62,759 nt of DNA, filler included, from a bacterium (GCA_027063545.1; 17 parts of 17 records of this genome joined end to end with filler, not necessarily neighbours in it); one strand, 5' to 3'; positions 1 through 11,087 are shown, numbered from the whole stretch's first letter. The notes: generated from the letters alone by a model not told the origin. Numbers and translations: made by a program.

Positions 1-1359
1 GAAGAGAAGAGAATATTAAAAGAGTTAAAGGAAGGTAAAATAGATATAATAATAGGGACTCATAAATTACTCTCTAGTAAGGTAATATTTAAAAATTTAG
101 GATTATTAATAATAGATGAAGAACAACGATTTGGAGTTTCCCATAAAAATAAACTTCTTAAATATAGGTATTCTATTGATGTACTCTCTATGACAGCAAC
201 TCCTATCCCTAGAACTTTATCTATGGCTTTAAATGGAATAAAGGATTTAAGTATTATTGCTACACCACCAAAAAATAGATTAAGAATAGAAACGTTTATT
301 AAAGAATTTGATGATAATATACTTAAATACGCAATTGAAAGAGAATTACAAAGGGGCGGACAGGTATTTTTTGTTCATAATCGAATAGAAGAATTACCTA
401 GAATGGAAGAACATTTATCTAAATTAGTTCCTTTTGCTTCTGTTGTAACAATACATGGATCTTTATCAGTAGAAGAGATAGAGGAAAGATTAGAAAGATT
501 TATTAATAAAGAATATGATATACTTTTGACAACAACAATTATTGAAAATGGTATAGATATGCCAAATGTGAATACAATTATAATAAATGACTCACATAAA
601 TATGGGATATCTCAATTGTATCAGTTAAGAGGGAGGGTAGGAAGAAGCGATAAACAAGCATATTGTTATTTAATTATACCTAATAATTCAGTTTTATCAA
701 GTCAAAAGATTAAGGAAAGATTAACATCATTAATTCATTATACAGAATTAGGTAGTGGTTTTTATCTTGCAATGAAAGATTTAGAAATAAGAGGGGCTGG
801 AGATATTTTAGGTAAAGAACAAAGTGGATTCATTATAAAAGTAGGATTTTCATTTTATTTTAGAATGCTTCAAGAAATGGTAGAAAAAATTAAGAATAAA
901 AAATACATATCTATGCATCAAGTATATTTTTATGTTCCATTTGATACATATATTAATCCAAGTTATATAGAAGATGATGAAGTAAGAGCTACTATATATC
1001 ATAGATTGTCAAATATAACAAGATTAGATGAATTAAAAGAGATAGAAGATGAACTTATAGATAGATTTTCTACAATGGATAGTATAAGCTGGAGGTTTTT
1101 TAGAGTTATAGAAATGAGAATAAGGGCAGGCTTAAAGGGTATAAATGATATAAGAATATTGACAAATAATAAGTTATATATAAGATGGGAAAATCCAGAT
1201 AATATTGATGTCAAAAGAATAATTGAAAATTTAACAAAAGCAGACTTAAAATTTAAGTTTTCTTATGAGAGCGGGTTGGCTATAGAAGTAATGTTAAAAA
1301 ATTTTTACAAATCAAAAGCTGTTTTTAAAGAAATATATGAGATATTAAATTTTGTATAA
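1..1359 (+). CDS. mfd: Transcription-repair coupling factor Mfd, C-terminal part (5' truncated by window)
   Basis: Frame is open from base 1 (IIIGTHKLL...IIDEEQRFG), then TATPIPRT, QLRGRVGRS, DLEIRGAG and a TRCF C-terminal domain. Confidence 0.97.
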   Translation, partial: EEKRILKELKEGKIDIIIGTHKLLSSKVIFKNLGLLIIDEEQRFGVSHKNKLLKYRYSIDVLSMTATPIPRTLSMALNGIKDLSIIATPPKNRLRIETFIKEFDDNILKYAIERELQRGGQVFFVHNRIEELPRMEEHLSKLVPFASVVTIHGSLSVEEIEERLERFINKEYDILLTTTIIENGIDMPNVNTIIINDSHKYGISQLYQLRGRVGRSDKQAYCYLIIPNNSVLSSQKIKERLTSLIHYTELGSGFYLAMKDLEIRGAGDILGKEQSGFIIKVGFSFYFRMLQEMVEKIKNKKYISMHQVYFYVPFDTYINPSYIEDDEVRATIYHRLSNITRLDELKEIEDELIDRFSTMDSISWRFFRVIEMRIRAGLKGINDIRILTNNKLYIRWENPDNIDVKRIIENLTKADLKFKFSYESGLAIEVMLKNFYKSKAVFKEIYEILNFV

Positions 1360-1393
1360 GGATTAAATTTTTTTATTTTCATTATGATGAGTT

Positions 1394-2245
1394 ATGAAAA
1401 ATAGACAGAATATATTTTTAGTTTTACTTTTTCTTGTGATTTTATTTATTTCCTCTTGTGATAGAATCAATAAATTAAAACAAGTTTATATATTATCTTC
1501 AGATAGTATATTAGCTAGGGTTGATGGATTTTATTTGTTAAAAGATGATTTCTATAATCAATATCCATATATAAAAAATAGCAGCGATAGTTTGAAAAAA
1601 ATATATATAAATCAATGGGTTAATGAGAAATTACTTTATATGTATGCTAAACAATTAAAATTAGATAAAGATCCTCAAGTAAAAAAGATTATTCAACAGG
1701 CACAGGAGGAGATTATCGTTAATTATTTAAAGAAAAAGATTGTTGGTAGTAAGTTAGAAATATCAGAAGAATTATTAAAAAGATTTTATGAAAAAAATAA
1801 GGATAGATATAGAGTAAAAGAAAATGAGTATAAATATATAATATATTTTTTTAAAGATATGAAAATTGCATGGAAGGTAAAAACTAATCTTATAAAACAG
1901 CAACCTCCGAAAGATATATATAAAGCAGCTAGGGGTGTAGGTGTTAATATTCTACAAAAGGAACAGGTAACTTTTTTTACTAAAGAGCATCAAATAAAAT
2001 CCCAGATTCTTTTAGCCAAGCTTAGAGTCATGAATAATGGAGATTATTCAAGACCTTTTTTATATGATTCTAAACCAGCTATTGTATATTTAATTGATAA
2101 AAGATTAGAAGGGAAATATTTACCATATGAAGAGGTAAAATCCATAGTTGCTTTAGATTATATTAGAGAAAGAGAAAAAGAAATTATAAAGGATTTAATA
2201 GATAGTTTGAGGGTGGTATATGACTATGAAATATTTTATAAGTAA
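1394..2245 (+). CDS. PpiC/PrsA-like peptidyl-prolyl isomerase/foldase lipoprotein
   Basis: Lipobox FISSC; SurA_N-like helical region (YINQWVNEKLLY...AKQLKLDKDP); lies between mfd and surA. Confidence 0.75.
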   Translation: MKNRQNIFLVLLFLVILFISSCDRINKLKQVYILSSDSILARVDGFYLLKDDFYNQYPYIKNSSDSLKKIYINQWVNEKLLYMYAKQLKLDKDPQVKKIIQQAQEEIIVNYLKKKIVGSKLEISEELLKRFYEKNKDRYRVKENEYKYIIYFFKDMKIAWKVKTNLIKQQPPKDIYKAARGVGVNILQKEQVTFFTKEHQIKSQILLAKLRVMNNGDYSRPFLYDSKPAIVYLIDKRLEGKYLPYEEVKSIVALDYIREREKEIIKDLIDSLRVVYDYEIFYK

Positions 2246-3533
2246 GTTATTATTATCTTTTATTTTATTATTAACTACAATAATTCAATTATATGCGAAA
2301 TGGGAAGTAGCAGAACAAATTGTTGCTATTGTGGATAATGAACCTATTCTTTTATCTGATGTAAATAGTTATTTACAATACTATTTTATGTATAATAAAA
2401 TAGATATAAGAATGTTAACAGAGGAAGATTTTAAACAATATCAAAAAAAAGCTCTTGAAAATCTTATAAATTCAAAGGTATTAGTAAAAGAGGCAGAAAG
2501 GGAATCATTAAATGTGAATTCTGATAAGATATCTCAGGAGGTAGATAAACAAATTGATCAATTAATTAATCAATTTGGCTCAAAGGATAAGTTTGTTGAA
2601 GCTTTAAAATCTCAAGGTATGGATATTGTAGATTTTAGAACAATGAAGTTTAATCAAATTAAAGAACAGATGTTAGAATATATTATGAAAAATAAGCTTA
2701 GATCAGAACTTTCTATAACAAAAGATATGATTATAGAGTTTTATAATACCCATAAAGATAGTTTTCCGGCTCAAGATGAAAGTTACAGATTATCTATCTA
2801 TAAAACACCAATATATTTGGAAGGTAATAGAAAAAAGATTTTATATGATTCTTTGTCAACTATAAGACAAAAAATAGTAAGTGGTAAGTTATCATTTGAG
2901 GAAGCTGCTAAACTCTACTCTCAAGGTCCTATGAAAGATAAAGGAGGAGATCTAGGGTTTGTAAAAAAAGGAGATTTAATACCAGAATTAGAGAAAGTAG
3001 CATTTGCTTTAGATATAGATTCTATTTCTCCTATAATTGAGACAAATGTAGGACTTCATTTATTAAAAGTTATAGATAGAGATAAGGATAGGGTAAGATT
3101 AAGACATATTGTTTTTTTATTTAATATAACTGAAAAAGATATTAAATATTCAAAATTATATTTAGATTCTTTAATAAATTTAGTATATAAAGATACAACT
3201 TTATCATTAGAGAGTTTAGATAGTTCTATAAAAAAGATTATTTCTTCAGAATGGATTAAGTATAAAGATTTACAACCACAATTTCAGCAGGCTATAGAAG
3301 AATTAAAGATAGATTCTTTAACTTATTTCCCCAAATATACAAGACCTATTTTACTAGATAAGAATTTTTATATTTTAGAAATTTTAGATTATAAACCTAA
3401 AAGATATTTAAGTTTAAAAGATGATTGGAATATAATAGAAGAAAAAGCCCGAGAATATTATTTACAAAAATACTTTGAAGATAAATTAAGAGAATGGAAG
3501 AAGAATTTTTATATAGAAGTTAGAATGAAATGA
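2220..3533 (+). CDS. surA: Periplasmic chaperone/PPIase SurA
   Basis: Signal peptide, IVAIVDNEPILLSD, parvulin motif FEEAAKLYSQGP..KGGDLGF...GLHLLKV; upstream of pdxA. Confidence 0.88.
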   Translation: MTMKYFISKLLLSFILLLTTIIQLYAKWEVAEQIVAIVDNEPILLSDVNSYLQYYFMYNKIDIRMLTEEDFKQYQKKALENLINSKVLVKEAERESLNVNSDKISQEVDKQIDQLINQFGSKDKFVEALKSQGMDIVDFRTMKFNQIKEQMLEYIMKNKLRSELSITKDMIIEFYNTHKDSFPAQDESYRLSIYKTPIYLEGNRKKILYDSLSTIRQKIVSGKLSFEEAAKLYSQGPMKDKGGDLGFVKKGDLIPELEKVAFALDIDSISPIIETNVGLHLLKVIDRDKDRVRLRHIVFLFNITEKDIKYSKLYLDSLINLVYKDTTLSLESLDSSIKKIISSEWIKYKDLQPQFQQAIEELKIDSLTYFPKYTRPILLDKNFYILEILDYKPKRYLSLKDDWNIIEEKAREYYLQKYFEDKLREWKKNFYIEVRMK

Positions 3534-4519
3534 AAAGGATTCATATTACTATAGGAGATCCAGGTGGTATAGGTGTTGAAACTTTAATTTTAGGGATAAA
3601 TAAGTTGTTAAATACTGACTCAGAGTTTTTTTCTAAGTTTATCACATTAATTTATACACCATTTTCAGTTATTGAAAGATATAAAGATAAAATAAGTTTT
3701 GATTATAATATTATTGAAGATATAGATAAAGCTCAAAGTGGTATAAATATATTTAATATAAAAGAGTTAAATAAAATAGACTACCAAATAGGGACTATAG
3801 ATAAAAATAATGGTTATATAGCAGCAAAAAGTATAGAAGAGGCATTAAAATACATAAAGCCCAAGGAGGTACTAATAACTTTACCCATAAATAAAGAAAG
3901 TATAAATCTTGCTGGGTATAAGTTTAATGGACATACAGAATTCTTAGCTTTTTTAACAAATACAGAAGAAGTTTTTATGAGTTTTTGGGGTAAAATAAAT
4001 ACTTTGCTATTAACAACACATATATCAATGGAAGACATGATTAAAAAAATTAGAGATAAAGATTATGTCTATACAAAGATAAAAAATAGCTCTAAATTAA
4101 TTGAGGAAGTATATGGAAGAAAAATAAAATTTGGACTTTGCGGTTTAAATCCCCATGCGGGTGAAAATGGTCTTATGGGAAAGGAAGAAGTTGAAGTTTT
4201 ATCTCCAGTTGTTGAAAGGTTAAGAAAAGATGGGATAGATATATCTTATCCTCAACCTTCAGATACAATATTTTATAGATATTTAAATGGAGAATTTGAT
4301 TTTATATATAGCCTTTACCATGATCAAGCTTTAAGTGTGATAAAAACATTTTTTTTAAATAAAAGTGTAAATTTTACTTTAGGATTACCATTTTATAGAA
4401 TATCTCCAGATCATGGAACAGCTTTTGATATAGCAGGAATGTTTATTGCTAATTATGAACCTTTTATATATACTTTAAAATTTGGAATAAAGTTATATGA
4501 AAGAAATTTTAGAATTTAG
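3530..4519 (+). CDS. pdxA: 4-hydroxythreonine-4-phosphate dehydrogenase
   Basis: TIGDPGGIG, GHTEFLA, GLNPHAGE, YHDQ, SPDHGTAFDIAG motifs; surA-pdxA synteny. Confidence 0.95.
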   Translation: MKRIHITIGDPGGIGVETLILGINKLLNTDSEFFSKFITLIYTPFSVIERYKDKISFDYNIIEDIDKAQSGINIFNIKELNKIDYQIGTIDKNNGYIAAKSIEEALKYIKPKEVLITLPINKESINLAGYKFNGHTEFLAFLTNTEEVFMSFWGKINTLLLTTHISMEDMIKKIRDKDYVYTKIKNSSKLIEEVYGRKIKFGLCGLNPHAGENGLMGKEEVEVLSPVVERLRKDGIDISYPQPSDTIFYRYLNGEFDFIYSLYHDQALSVIKTFFLNKSVNFTLGLPFYRISPDHGTAFDIAGMFIANYEPFIYTLKFGIKLYERNFRI

Positions 4520-5120
4520 AGATTTTAATATAAAGATAAAGGATAGTTTTATTTTTCCTAATGATTTAAATATTAAATTATTAGAAAATGATTTTTCTGT
4601 TGTAGAAACAGATTATAAAGATGAAATTTTAAATGTTCTATTAGGTAAATTTTATGACTATAAAGGAGATATAATATTCCTAGAAACATCTATAAAAAAT
4701 TTACCACAAAAATTTATCCATAAACGAATAAGTTATATTTCTAGTTATAATTCATTTTTATCTGAAATGAGTGTTTTTGAAAATATAGAGCTTTCTGTTT
4801 ATTTTAAGAACAGAGACTATATAAAAAATTTATTTGATTATTTAAAAGAAAATAATCAAATAAATTTCCTTTTATATAAAAAGGTTAAAGATTTAACAGA
4901 TTTTGAATATGAAAGGTTAATGATAATAAGAGCAATTTCAAGACTTCCCCATCTTTTAATTGTAGATGAGATTTTATACTCAGAAAATATAGATTTCTTT
5001 TTTAAGAATTTAAGTTTTTTTAAAGAGTTTAATACCTTTACAATTTTATGGCTTGTAAGAAAAGATAAAAAGAAAATTTTAAAGAAATATTGCAATGAAG
5101 AAAATTATATTAGTTTTTAA
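4497..5120 (+). CDS. ftsE: Degenerate FtsE-like ABC ATP-binding protein
   Basis: Keeps SVFENI and Walker B LLIVDE but lacks Walker A; immediately upstream of ftsX-like and envC-like genes. Confidence 0.65.
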   Translation: MKEILEFRDFNIKIKDSFIFPNDLNIKLLENDFSVVETDYKDEILNVLLGKFYDYKGDIIFLETSIKNLPQKFIHKRISYISSYNSFLSEMSVFENIELSVYFKNRDYIKNLFDYLKENNQINFLLYKKVKDLTDFEYERLMIIRAISRLPHLLIVDEILYSENIDFFFKNLSFFKEFNTFTILWLVRKDKKKILKKYCNEENYISF

Positions 5121-5916
5121 ATTATCTTTTTATTTATTAAAAAGGGATTTTTTTAAAAGTTTTTATATTATTCTAATGTTTCTATTTCTTCTTATAGTTT
5201 TTGATTTAATATATATAACTAACTCTTATAAGATAAACTATATTGATTTTATTTTAAATAATACCTCTATAGAAGTTTTTTTTGATCCTTTAGTTGATTC
5301 TAATTACATAAAAGAATTTATTGATTCATTAACAAATAAATATAAATTAGAACAAATAGAAATAGTTACAAAACAAGACGCATTTTCATATTTAAAATCT
5401 AAGTTTAAAGATTTAAAGGTAGTGAGTATAGATATTTTACCAATGTCCGTTGTATTGATAATAAATAAAGATTTTAATTATAATAGGTTAAATAAATTAT
5501 TACATTACTTAAAGTCAAGGAAAAATGTTATTCATATTTCGTATAATAAAGGACTTCTGTTATTTTTGAAAAAGTTTGATAAATATTATCATTATTTTTT
5601 TATATCTTTTATTTCACTTTTATCTATAATTGGAATATTTTTTATATATAACAATATTTATCATTATACAGGTGATAGAGATGAATTCTTAGAAACTTTC
5701 AATGAACTAGGTTATAGTAAATACTATATTAAACTATCTTATTTTATAAATTTTTTAATATTATCATTAATATCTAATTTAATTATAGCATTTTTTATGT
5801 ATAAATATTATTATTTACTAAATAATATTATAAACAAGGATCTATGGTGGATTTTAAAAACAAATATTTATATAACATTAGGATTTTTATTATTTATCTT
5901 ATTTTTTCATCTATAA
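5095..5916 (+). CDS. ftsX: FtsX-like cell division permease
   Basis: TM, extracellular domain (IEVFF...VTKQDAF...ILPMSVVLI), then further TMs; between ftsE-like and envC-like genes. Confidence 0.75.
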   Translation: MKKIILVFKLSFYLLKRDFFKSFYIILMFLFLLIVFDLIYITNSYKINYIDFILNNTSIEVFFDPLVDSNYIKEFIDSLTNKYKLEQIEIVTKQDAFSYLKSKFKDLKVVSIDILPMSVVLIINKDFNYNRLNKLLHYLKSRKNVIHISYNKGLLLFLKKFDKYYHYFFISFISLLSIIGIFFIYNNIYHYTGDRDEFLETFNELGYSKYYIKLSYFINFLILSLISNLIIAFFMYKYYYLLNNIINKDLWWILKTNIYITLGFLLFILFFHL

Positions 5917-7067
5917 TAAATTTTTCAGTTTTTATCAGTTTAAGTGCTAAGAATTATGATAGACTTTTAAAGAAAAAAAATACCGAAATTCAAAAAATTG
6001 AGAAACGATTAAATAAATTACAGAAGAAAAGAGACAAATTAATAAAAACAGAAAGGGATATTTTAAATAAGATAAAAAGATTAGATGAAGAGATAGATTT
6101 ATACATTGAATTAATAAATAAATTAGAGGAAAAAAATGAACTTTTAATATCTCAGATAGATTCTTTAAAAGAAAGTTATCAGTCCAAAGAGATTGAATAT
6201 ACCGATTATGTTAGAGAACTAAATAAACTTCTTCTTTATCTATATTTTTATTCAAAAGACAAAGATAGATTGAATTTTTATTCTGTTTTTGATACTACTT
6301 ATTATCGGGAAATAGATAGATTTTTTATTTATTATAACTATTTATATAAAATATTAAAAGATATTGTGGAGACAACTCATAAAGAAAAACAGCAATTAAT
6401 AGAAAAAGAAATTATTTTAGCTCAGAAATATAAACAATTGGAAGAAACTAAACTAGAGTACTTACAAAAAAGACAAGAGTTAAAGTTATTAAGAGAAAAA
6501 CGTAATCAAGAAGTAAAGAAGATTAAAAATAAAAGATTAAAATTAGAGCTTCAATTGAAAGAATTGCAGAGGGAAAAAAAAGAAATAGAAAACATAATAA
6601 CTATTTTAATAAAGCAAAAAGAAAAGCAAAAGAAACTCAAATCTAAAGTTAAAACATATTCTGTAAAACTATTAAAAGGTAAAAGATTTTTTTATCCTAT
6701 ATATAAGCCCAAGATTGTTAGAAGATTTGGGAGATATTATGATAAAAAGTATAAAGTTAAAATATTAAATAAAGGTATAGATATAACTTCTAAACTTACA
6801 AAAAGTTATAAAGTATTTGCAGCTCGTAAAGGAAAAATTGTAAAAATTGGATATTTTAAGAATTTAAAAAATTATATTATAATAGAACATGAAGATGGAA
6901 TTTATACATTTTACTCTGGATTAGATAAAATTTTAGTAAAAGAGAATATGAAAGTAACAATAAAAACACCTATTGGTATAATGAAAACAAAAGGTATTTT
7001 ACATTTTGAATTAAGAGTTGGAAGAAAGGCAATAGATCCCATTAGATATTTAAAGCATAGAGGATAG
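5844..7067 (+). CDS. envC: EnvC-family murein hydrolase activator (coiled coil + degenerate M23)
   Basis: Signal/TM, long coiled coil, C-terminal LytM with NKGIDI and LHFELR...IDP. Confidence 0.85.
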   Translation: MVDFKNKYLYNIRIFIIYLIFSSIINFSVFISLSAKNYDRLLKKKNTEIQKIEKRLNKLQKKRDKLIKTERDILNKIKRLDEEIDLYIELINKLEEKNELLISQIDSLKESYQSKEIEYTDYVRELNKLLLYLYFYSKDKDRLNFYSVFDTTYYREIDRFFIYYNYLYKILKDIVETTHKEKQQLIEKEIILAQKYKQLEETKLEYLQKRQELKLLREKRNQEVKKIKNKRLKLELQLKELQREKKEIENIITILIKQKEKQKKLKSKVKTYSVKLLKGKRFFYPIYKPKIVRRFGRYYDKKYKVKILNKGIDITSKLTKSYKVFAARKGKIVKIGYFKNLKNYIIIEHEDGIYTFYSGLDKILVKENMKVTIKTPIGIMKTKGILHFELRVGRKAIDPIRYLKHRG

Positions 7068-7069
7068 AT

Positions 7070-8194
7070 ATGGAACTAAAGTTTAATTTTCAACCAGATG
7101 TTTATAGTAAGTTAAATTCTATTCTAAACAATAGAGAAAAAAGGTTACCCCAGACTTATCTTTTTTATGGTCAGGAGGGATTAGGTAAATTATATTATGC
7201 CTTATGGTTTATAGCAAATATTATATGTTTTGATGATAATAAAGATTGTTTAAATAAATTACATACTAATACACATCCAGATGTAAAGATTATTCATCCA
7301 GAGAATTTTACAAAGGAATATCATCCTAAAATAATAGATCAACCTTTATTATATCATAAAATAAAGGAGACAGATAAGATAAAAATAGAAGAAATAAGAG
7401 AGTTAAAAGAATATGTAACAACAAAACCTTTTGAGAGTTTAGTAAGAGTTATTTTAATAAATTATGCTGATTATATGACCACACAGGCTGCAAATTCTTT
7501 TTTAAAGTTGTTAGAAGAGCCCTCAGAAGATACAATAATTATTTTATTGGCAACGAATTTGAGAAATTTATTACCTACAATTATATCAAGAATTCAGGTA
7601 AAAATTAAGTTTTCACCAATAAAAATTGATTATATTAAAACTATATTAAAAGAATATAATCAATTGGATGAAGAGTTAGATACGTTTTTTATATCTTCAG
7701 GAAGTTATGTGGAAATTTATGATGATTTAAACTTTTTTGATAAAGAGAAAATAGAATTTATAAATAAATTAATGATTTATATATTAAATATTATTGATTC
7801 AGAGAGGGTGTTAAAATTAAAAGAAGAGGATTATATTAAACAAGCATATGAAATTTCTAAGATTATAGAGAAATTTTCTTCATCAATAGGATTTAGTACT
7901 AGTAATAAGGAATCTTTGGATTATTTATTAAATAAACTTTATGATATATTACATAAAATTTTTATTTTAAATACAACACCAAACATAAAAATATTTGAAA
8001 AAGTCTTTGGCTATTTAATAGAAAGAAATAAAAACATAGATAATTTTTTGAAGATAAAAATATTAGAAGATATAAAATTAGCAAGAAATAAGATACAAGC
8101 TAATGTTAATCCCACTATAACAATTCAAACTTTGTTATGGCGATTATATAAATTGTGTAGGGATTATTATAAAATTATTAATAGTTATCATTAG
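7070..8194 (+). CDS. holB: DNA polymerase III delta' subunit
   Basis: YLFYGQEGLGK, HPD, AANSFLKLLEEP, LLPTIISR. Confidence 0.93.
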   Translation: MELKFNFQPDVYSKLNSILNNREKRLPQTYLFYGQEGLGKLYYALWFIANIICFDDNKDCLNKLHTNTHPDVKIIHPENFTKEYHPKIIDQPLLYHKIKETDKIKIEEIRELKEYVTTKPFESLVRVILINYADYMTTQAANSFLKLLEEPSEDTIIILLATNLRNLLPTIISRIQVKIKFSPIKIDYIKTILKEYNQLDEELDTFFISSGSYVEIYDDLNFFDKEKIEFINKLMIYILNIIDSERVLKLKEEDYIKQAYEISKIIEKFSSSIGFSTSNKESLDYLLNKLYDILHKIFILNTTPNIKIFEKVFGYLIERNKNIDNFLKIKILEDIKLARNKIQANVNPTITIQTLLWRLYKLCRDYYKIINSYH

Positions 8195-8209
8195 AGAAAG
8201 GATAGCCGT

Positions 8210-9004
8210 ATGTATGGAGTTATAGTTGAGAATAAAAATAAAAATCATTTTATTTGTGAAAATCCTGATGATATAATCTTAAAAAGAGGTGATAAGGTTA
8301 TATTTTCAACAGATGATGATGGGTTTGATTTTGGAGAAGTATTATATACAAATGTTACGTTAAGAAAATCAAGTATTTATAAGTTATTAAGAAAAGCTAC
8401 AGAAGATGATATTAGAAGATTTGAGAGATTGATAAGGTTAGAAGAAGAAGCTTATGACATATTTAGAGAAAAAGTAAAAGAGAATAATTTAGAGATGAAA
8501 TTAGTTAAGGTAGATTTTCGATATGATAAGACAAAATATTTATTCTATTTTAAAGCAGAAGGGAGAGTAGATTTTAGGAAACTTGTTAGGAATTTAGCTG
8601 CAATATATAAAACTAGAATAGAGTTGCGTCAGATAGGAGTAAGAGATGAGGCAAAGCTTATTGGTGGGATTGGAATGTGTGGGCAAGAGCTCTGTTGTAG
8701 GAGGTTTTTAAAAGAATTTCAGCCTATAGAAACAAATATGGCTAAAATCCAAGATCTGATGATAAATCCTAGTAAAATTTCTGGGTATTGTGGAAAACTT
8801 ATGTGTTGTCTTGCATATGAGAAGGATTTTTATGAGAAATATAGAAAATATTATCCTAATATAGGTGATGAATATAAGACAGAGAAGGGAGAAGGGGTAG
8901 TTAAAGGAGTTAATATACTAAAAGGTACAATATTGGTTGAGTATGAGGGTAGATATCAGGAAGAAATAAAATATGAAATACCAGAGGAAATAATAGAAGA
9001 ATAA
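8210..9004 (+). CDS. ricT: PSP1-domain protein RicT/YaaT
   Basis: RVDFRKLV, RIELRQIGVRDEAK, GGIGMCGQELCC, SGYCGKLMCCL; follows holB. Confidence 0.93.
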   Translation: MYGVIVENKNKNHFICENPDDIILKRGDKVIFSTDDDGFDFGEVLYTNVTLRKSSIYKLLRKATEDDIRRFERLIRLEEEAYDIFREKVKENNLEMKLVKVDFRYDKTKYLFYFKAEGRVDFRKLVRNLAAIYKTRIELRQIGVRDEAKLIGGIGMCGQELCCRRFLKEFQPIETNMAKIQDLMINPSKISGYCGKLMCCLAYEKDFYEKYRKYYPNIGDEYKTEKGEGVVKGVNILKGTILVEYEGRYQEEIKYEIPEEIIEE

Positions 9005-9019
9005 AAGGGAGTATAAAAT

Positions 9020-11083
9020 ATGGAGAGATATTTAGTAACCGCAGCACTTCCTTATGCAAATGGGCCCATACATATAGGGCATTTAGCAGGTGCTTATATT
9101 CCCGCAGATATATATGTGAGGTTTTTAAGATTAAATGGTGATGATGTTGTTTTTATTTGTGGGACTGATGAGCATGGTGTTCCTATTACAATAAGAGCAG
9201 AAAAAGAGGGAAAAACTCCTCAGGAAATAGTAGATTATTATCATGAGGTGATAAAGAAATCTTTTGAAGGAATGAGGATAGAGTTTGATAATTTTTCAAG
9301 GACCACAAGAGAAATTCATCATAAAACTGCTCAGGAGTTTTTTTTGAAACTTTTAGAAAATGGAGCATTGGTAGCGAAAAAGGAAAAAGGTTTATATTGC
9401 CCTAATTGTAAAATATTTTTGCCTGATAGATATGTAGAAGGTACTTGTCCTGTTTGTGGGGCAGATGGTGCAAGAGGAGATCAATGTGAAAAGTGTGGTA
9501 CATGGCTTGAGCCATTTCAACTTATTAATCCAAAGTGTAAGATATGTGGAGCTACTCCTGAGGAACGAGAAACAACTCATTTTTATTTCAAATTAGGTGA
9601 TTATCAAAAAAGATTAGAGGAGTTTGTGTATTCTCATGATTTTTGGAGGCCAAATGTTATTAATTATTGTAGAAACTGGTTTGAAGAAGGGTTAAGGGAT
9701 AGAGCTATTACCAGAGATCTTCTTTGGGGTATAAAGGTTCCATTGGATGATGAGGAGTTTAAATCTAAGGTACTATATGTATGGTTTGAGGCTCCTATTG
9801 GATATATTTCTTCAACAAAAGAGTGGGCTATAAAGATTGGTGATCCTGATAGATGGAAGTTATACTGGCAGGATAAAAATACAAGAATAGTTCATTTTAT
9901 AGGTAAAGATAATATAGTATTTCATGCAATAGTTTTTCCAGCAACTTTAATGGCTTATGGGGATGAGTGGAATTTAGTTTACGATATACCTGCGAATGAA
10001 TTTTTGAATATTGAAGATGAAAAGATTTCTACAAGTCGTAATTGGGCTGTTTGGGTTGATGAGTATTTAGAGGAGTTTGAACCTGATCCATTAAGGTATT
10101 ATTTAACCATGATAGCACCTGAGAATAGTGATTCTAATTTTACATGGGAAGGTTTTCAAAAGCATAATAATACAGAGTTAGCAGATGTGATAGGAAATTA
10201 TGTTAATAGGGTATTAACATTTATAGCAAGAAATTTTGATTCAAAAATTCCTGAATATTCCAAAGATGATTTAGGAGAGTATGAAAAGAATTTATTGAAA
10301 GAAGAGAAAGAATTTTTTAATAAATTTTATGAAAATTTACATAATAAAAGATTTAAGAGAGCATTAACAGAATATATAGAGTTTTATAAAAAGTTAAATA
10401 AGTATTTTAATGATATGAAGCCTTGGGAACTTGTAAAAGAAGATAAAAAAAGAGCAGGTGAGGTTTTGGCTTTTTGTGTGAAGTTATTAAGAGATACAAC
10501 AGTAATGATGTATCCTTTTATGCCTACTACAGCTGAGAGAATTTGGGTTCTTATTAATGAACTTAGAGATATAAAAGAGGAAAGATGGGATAGATTTTTA
10601 GATATATTCCCAGAGCCTAATAGAGAGATAAAGAGGCCTAAAAAGGTTCTATTTAGAAAATTTGCAGATGAGGAAATTAAAAAGCAGAAAGAGAAATTAA
10701 TACAAAAGTCTAAAGAAGAAATAGAGAAGAATAAGAAATATAAGCCATTAAAAACAGAAATTACAATAGAGGATTTTCAAAAATTGGATATAAGAGTTGG
10801 AAAAATATTATCAGCTGAAAAGGTAAAAGGTGCTGATAAACTTCTTAAAATGGAAGTTGATTTAGGCTTTGAAAAGAGGACAATTGTTGGAGGATTAAAA
10901 AAGTATTATAGTTCGGAAGAATTAATAGGAAAGTATGTTATTGTTCTTGCTAACTTAAAACCTAGAAAATTAAAGGGAATAGAGAGTCAAGGAATGCTTC
11001 TTGCAGTAGTTAATGATGAAAACATTTCTCTTTTAGAGCCAGATAATAAAGATAAAATAAACCTTGGAGATGTTATTGGATAA
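9020..11083 (+). CDS. metG: Methionine--tRNA ligase with C-terminal tRNA-binding domain
   Basis: ALPYANGPIHIGH, zinc knuckles, KISTS, C-terminal Trbp111-like NLKPRKLKGIESQGMLL. Confidence 0.98.
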   Translation: MERYLVTAALPYANGPIHIGHLAGAYIPADIYVRFLRLNGDDVVFICGTDEHGVPITIRAEKEGKTPQEIVDYYHEVIKKSFEGMRIEFDNFSRTTREIHHKTAQEFFLKLLENGALVAKKEKGLYCPNCKIFLPDRYVEGTCPVCGADGARGDQCEKCGTWLEPFQLINPKCKICGATPEERETTHFYFKLGDYQKRLEEFVYSHDFWRPNVINYCRNWFEEGLRDRAITRDLLWGIKVPLDDEEFKSKVLYVWFEAPIGYISSTKEWAIKIGDPDRWKLYWQDKNTRIVHFIGKDNIVFHAIVFPATLMAYGDEWNLVYDIPANEFLNIEDEKISTSRNWAVWVDEYLEEFEPDPLRYYLTMIAPENSDSNFTWEGFQKHNNTELADVIGNYVNRVLTFIARNFDSKIPEYSKDDLGEYEKNLLKEEKEFFNKFYENLHNKRFKRALTEYIEFYKKLNKYFNDMKPWELVKEDKKRAGEVLAFCVKLLRDTTVMMYPFMPTTAERIWVLINELRDIKEERWDRFLDIFPEPNREIKRPKKVLFRKFADEEIKKQKEKLIQKSKEEIEKNKKYKPLKTEITIEDFQKLDIRVGKILSAEKVKGADKLLKMEVDLGFEKRTIVGGLKKYYSSEELIGKYVIVLANLKPRKLKGIESQGMLLAVVNDENISLLEPDNKDKINLGDVIG

Positions 11084-11087
11084 AGTT

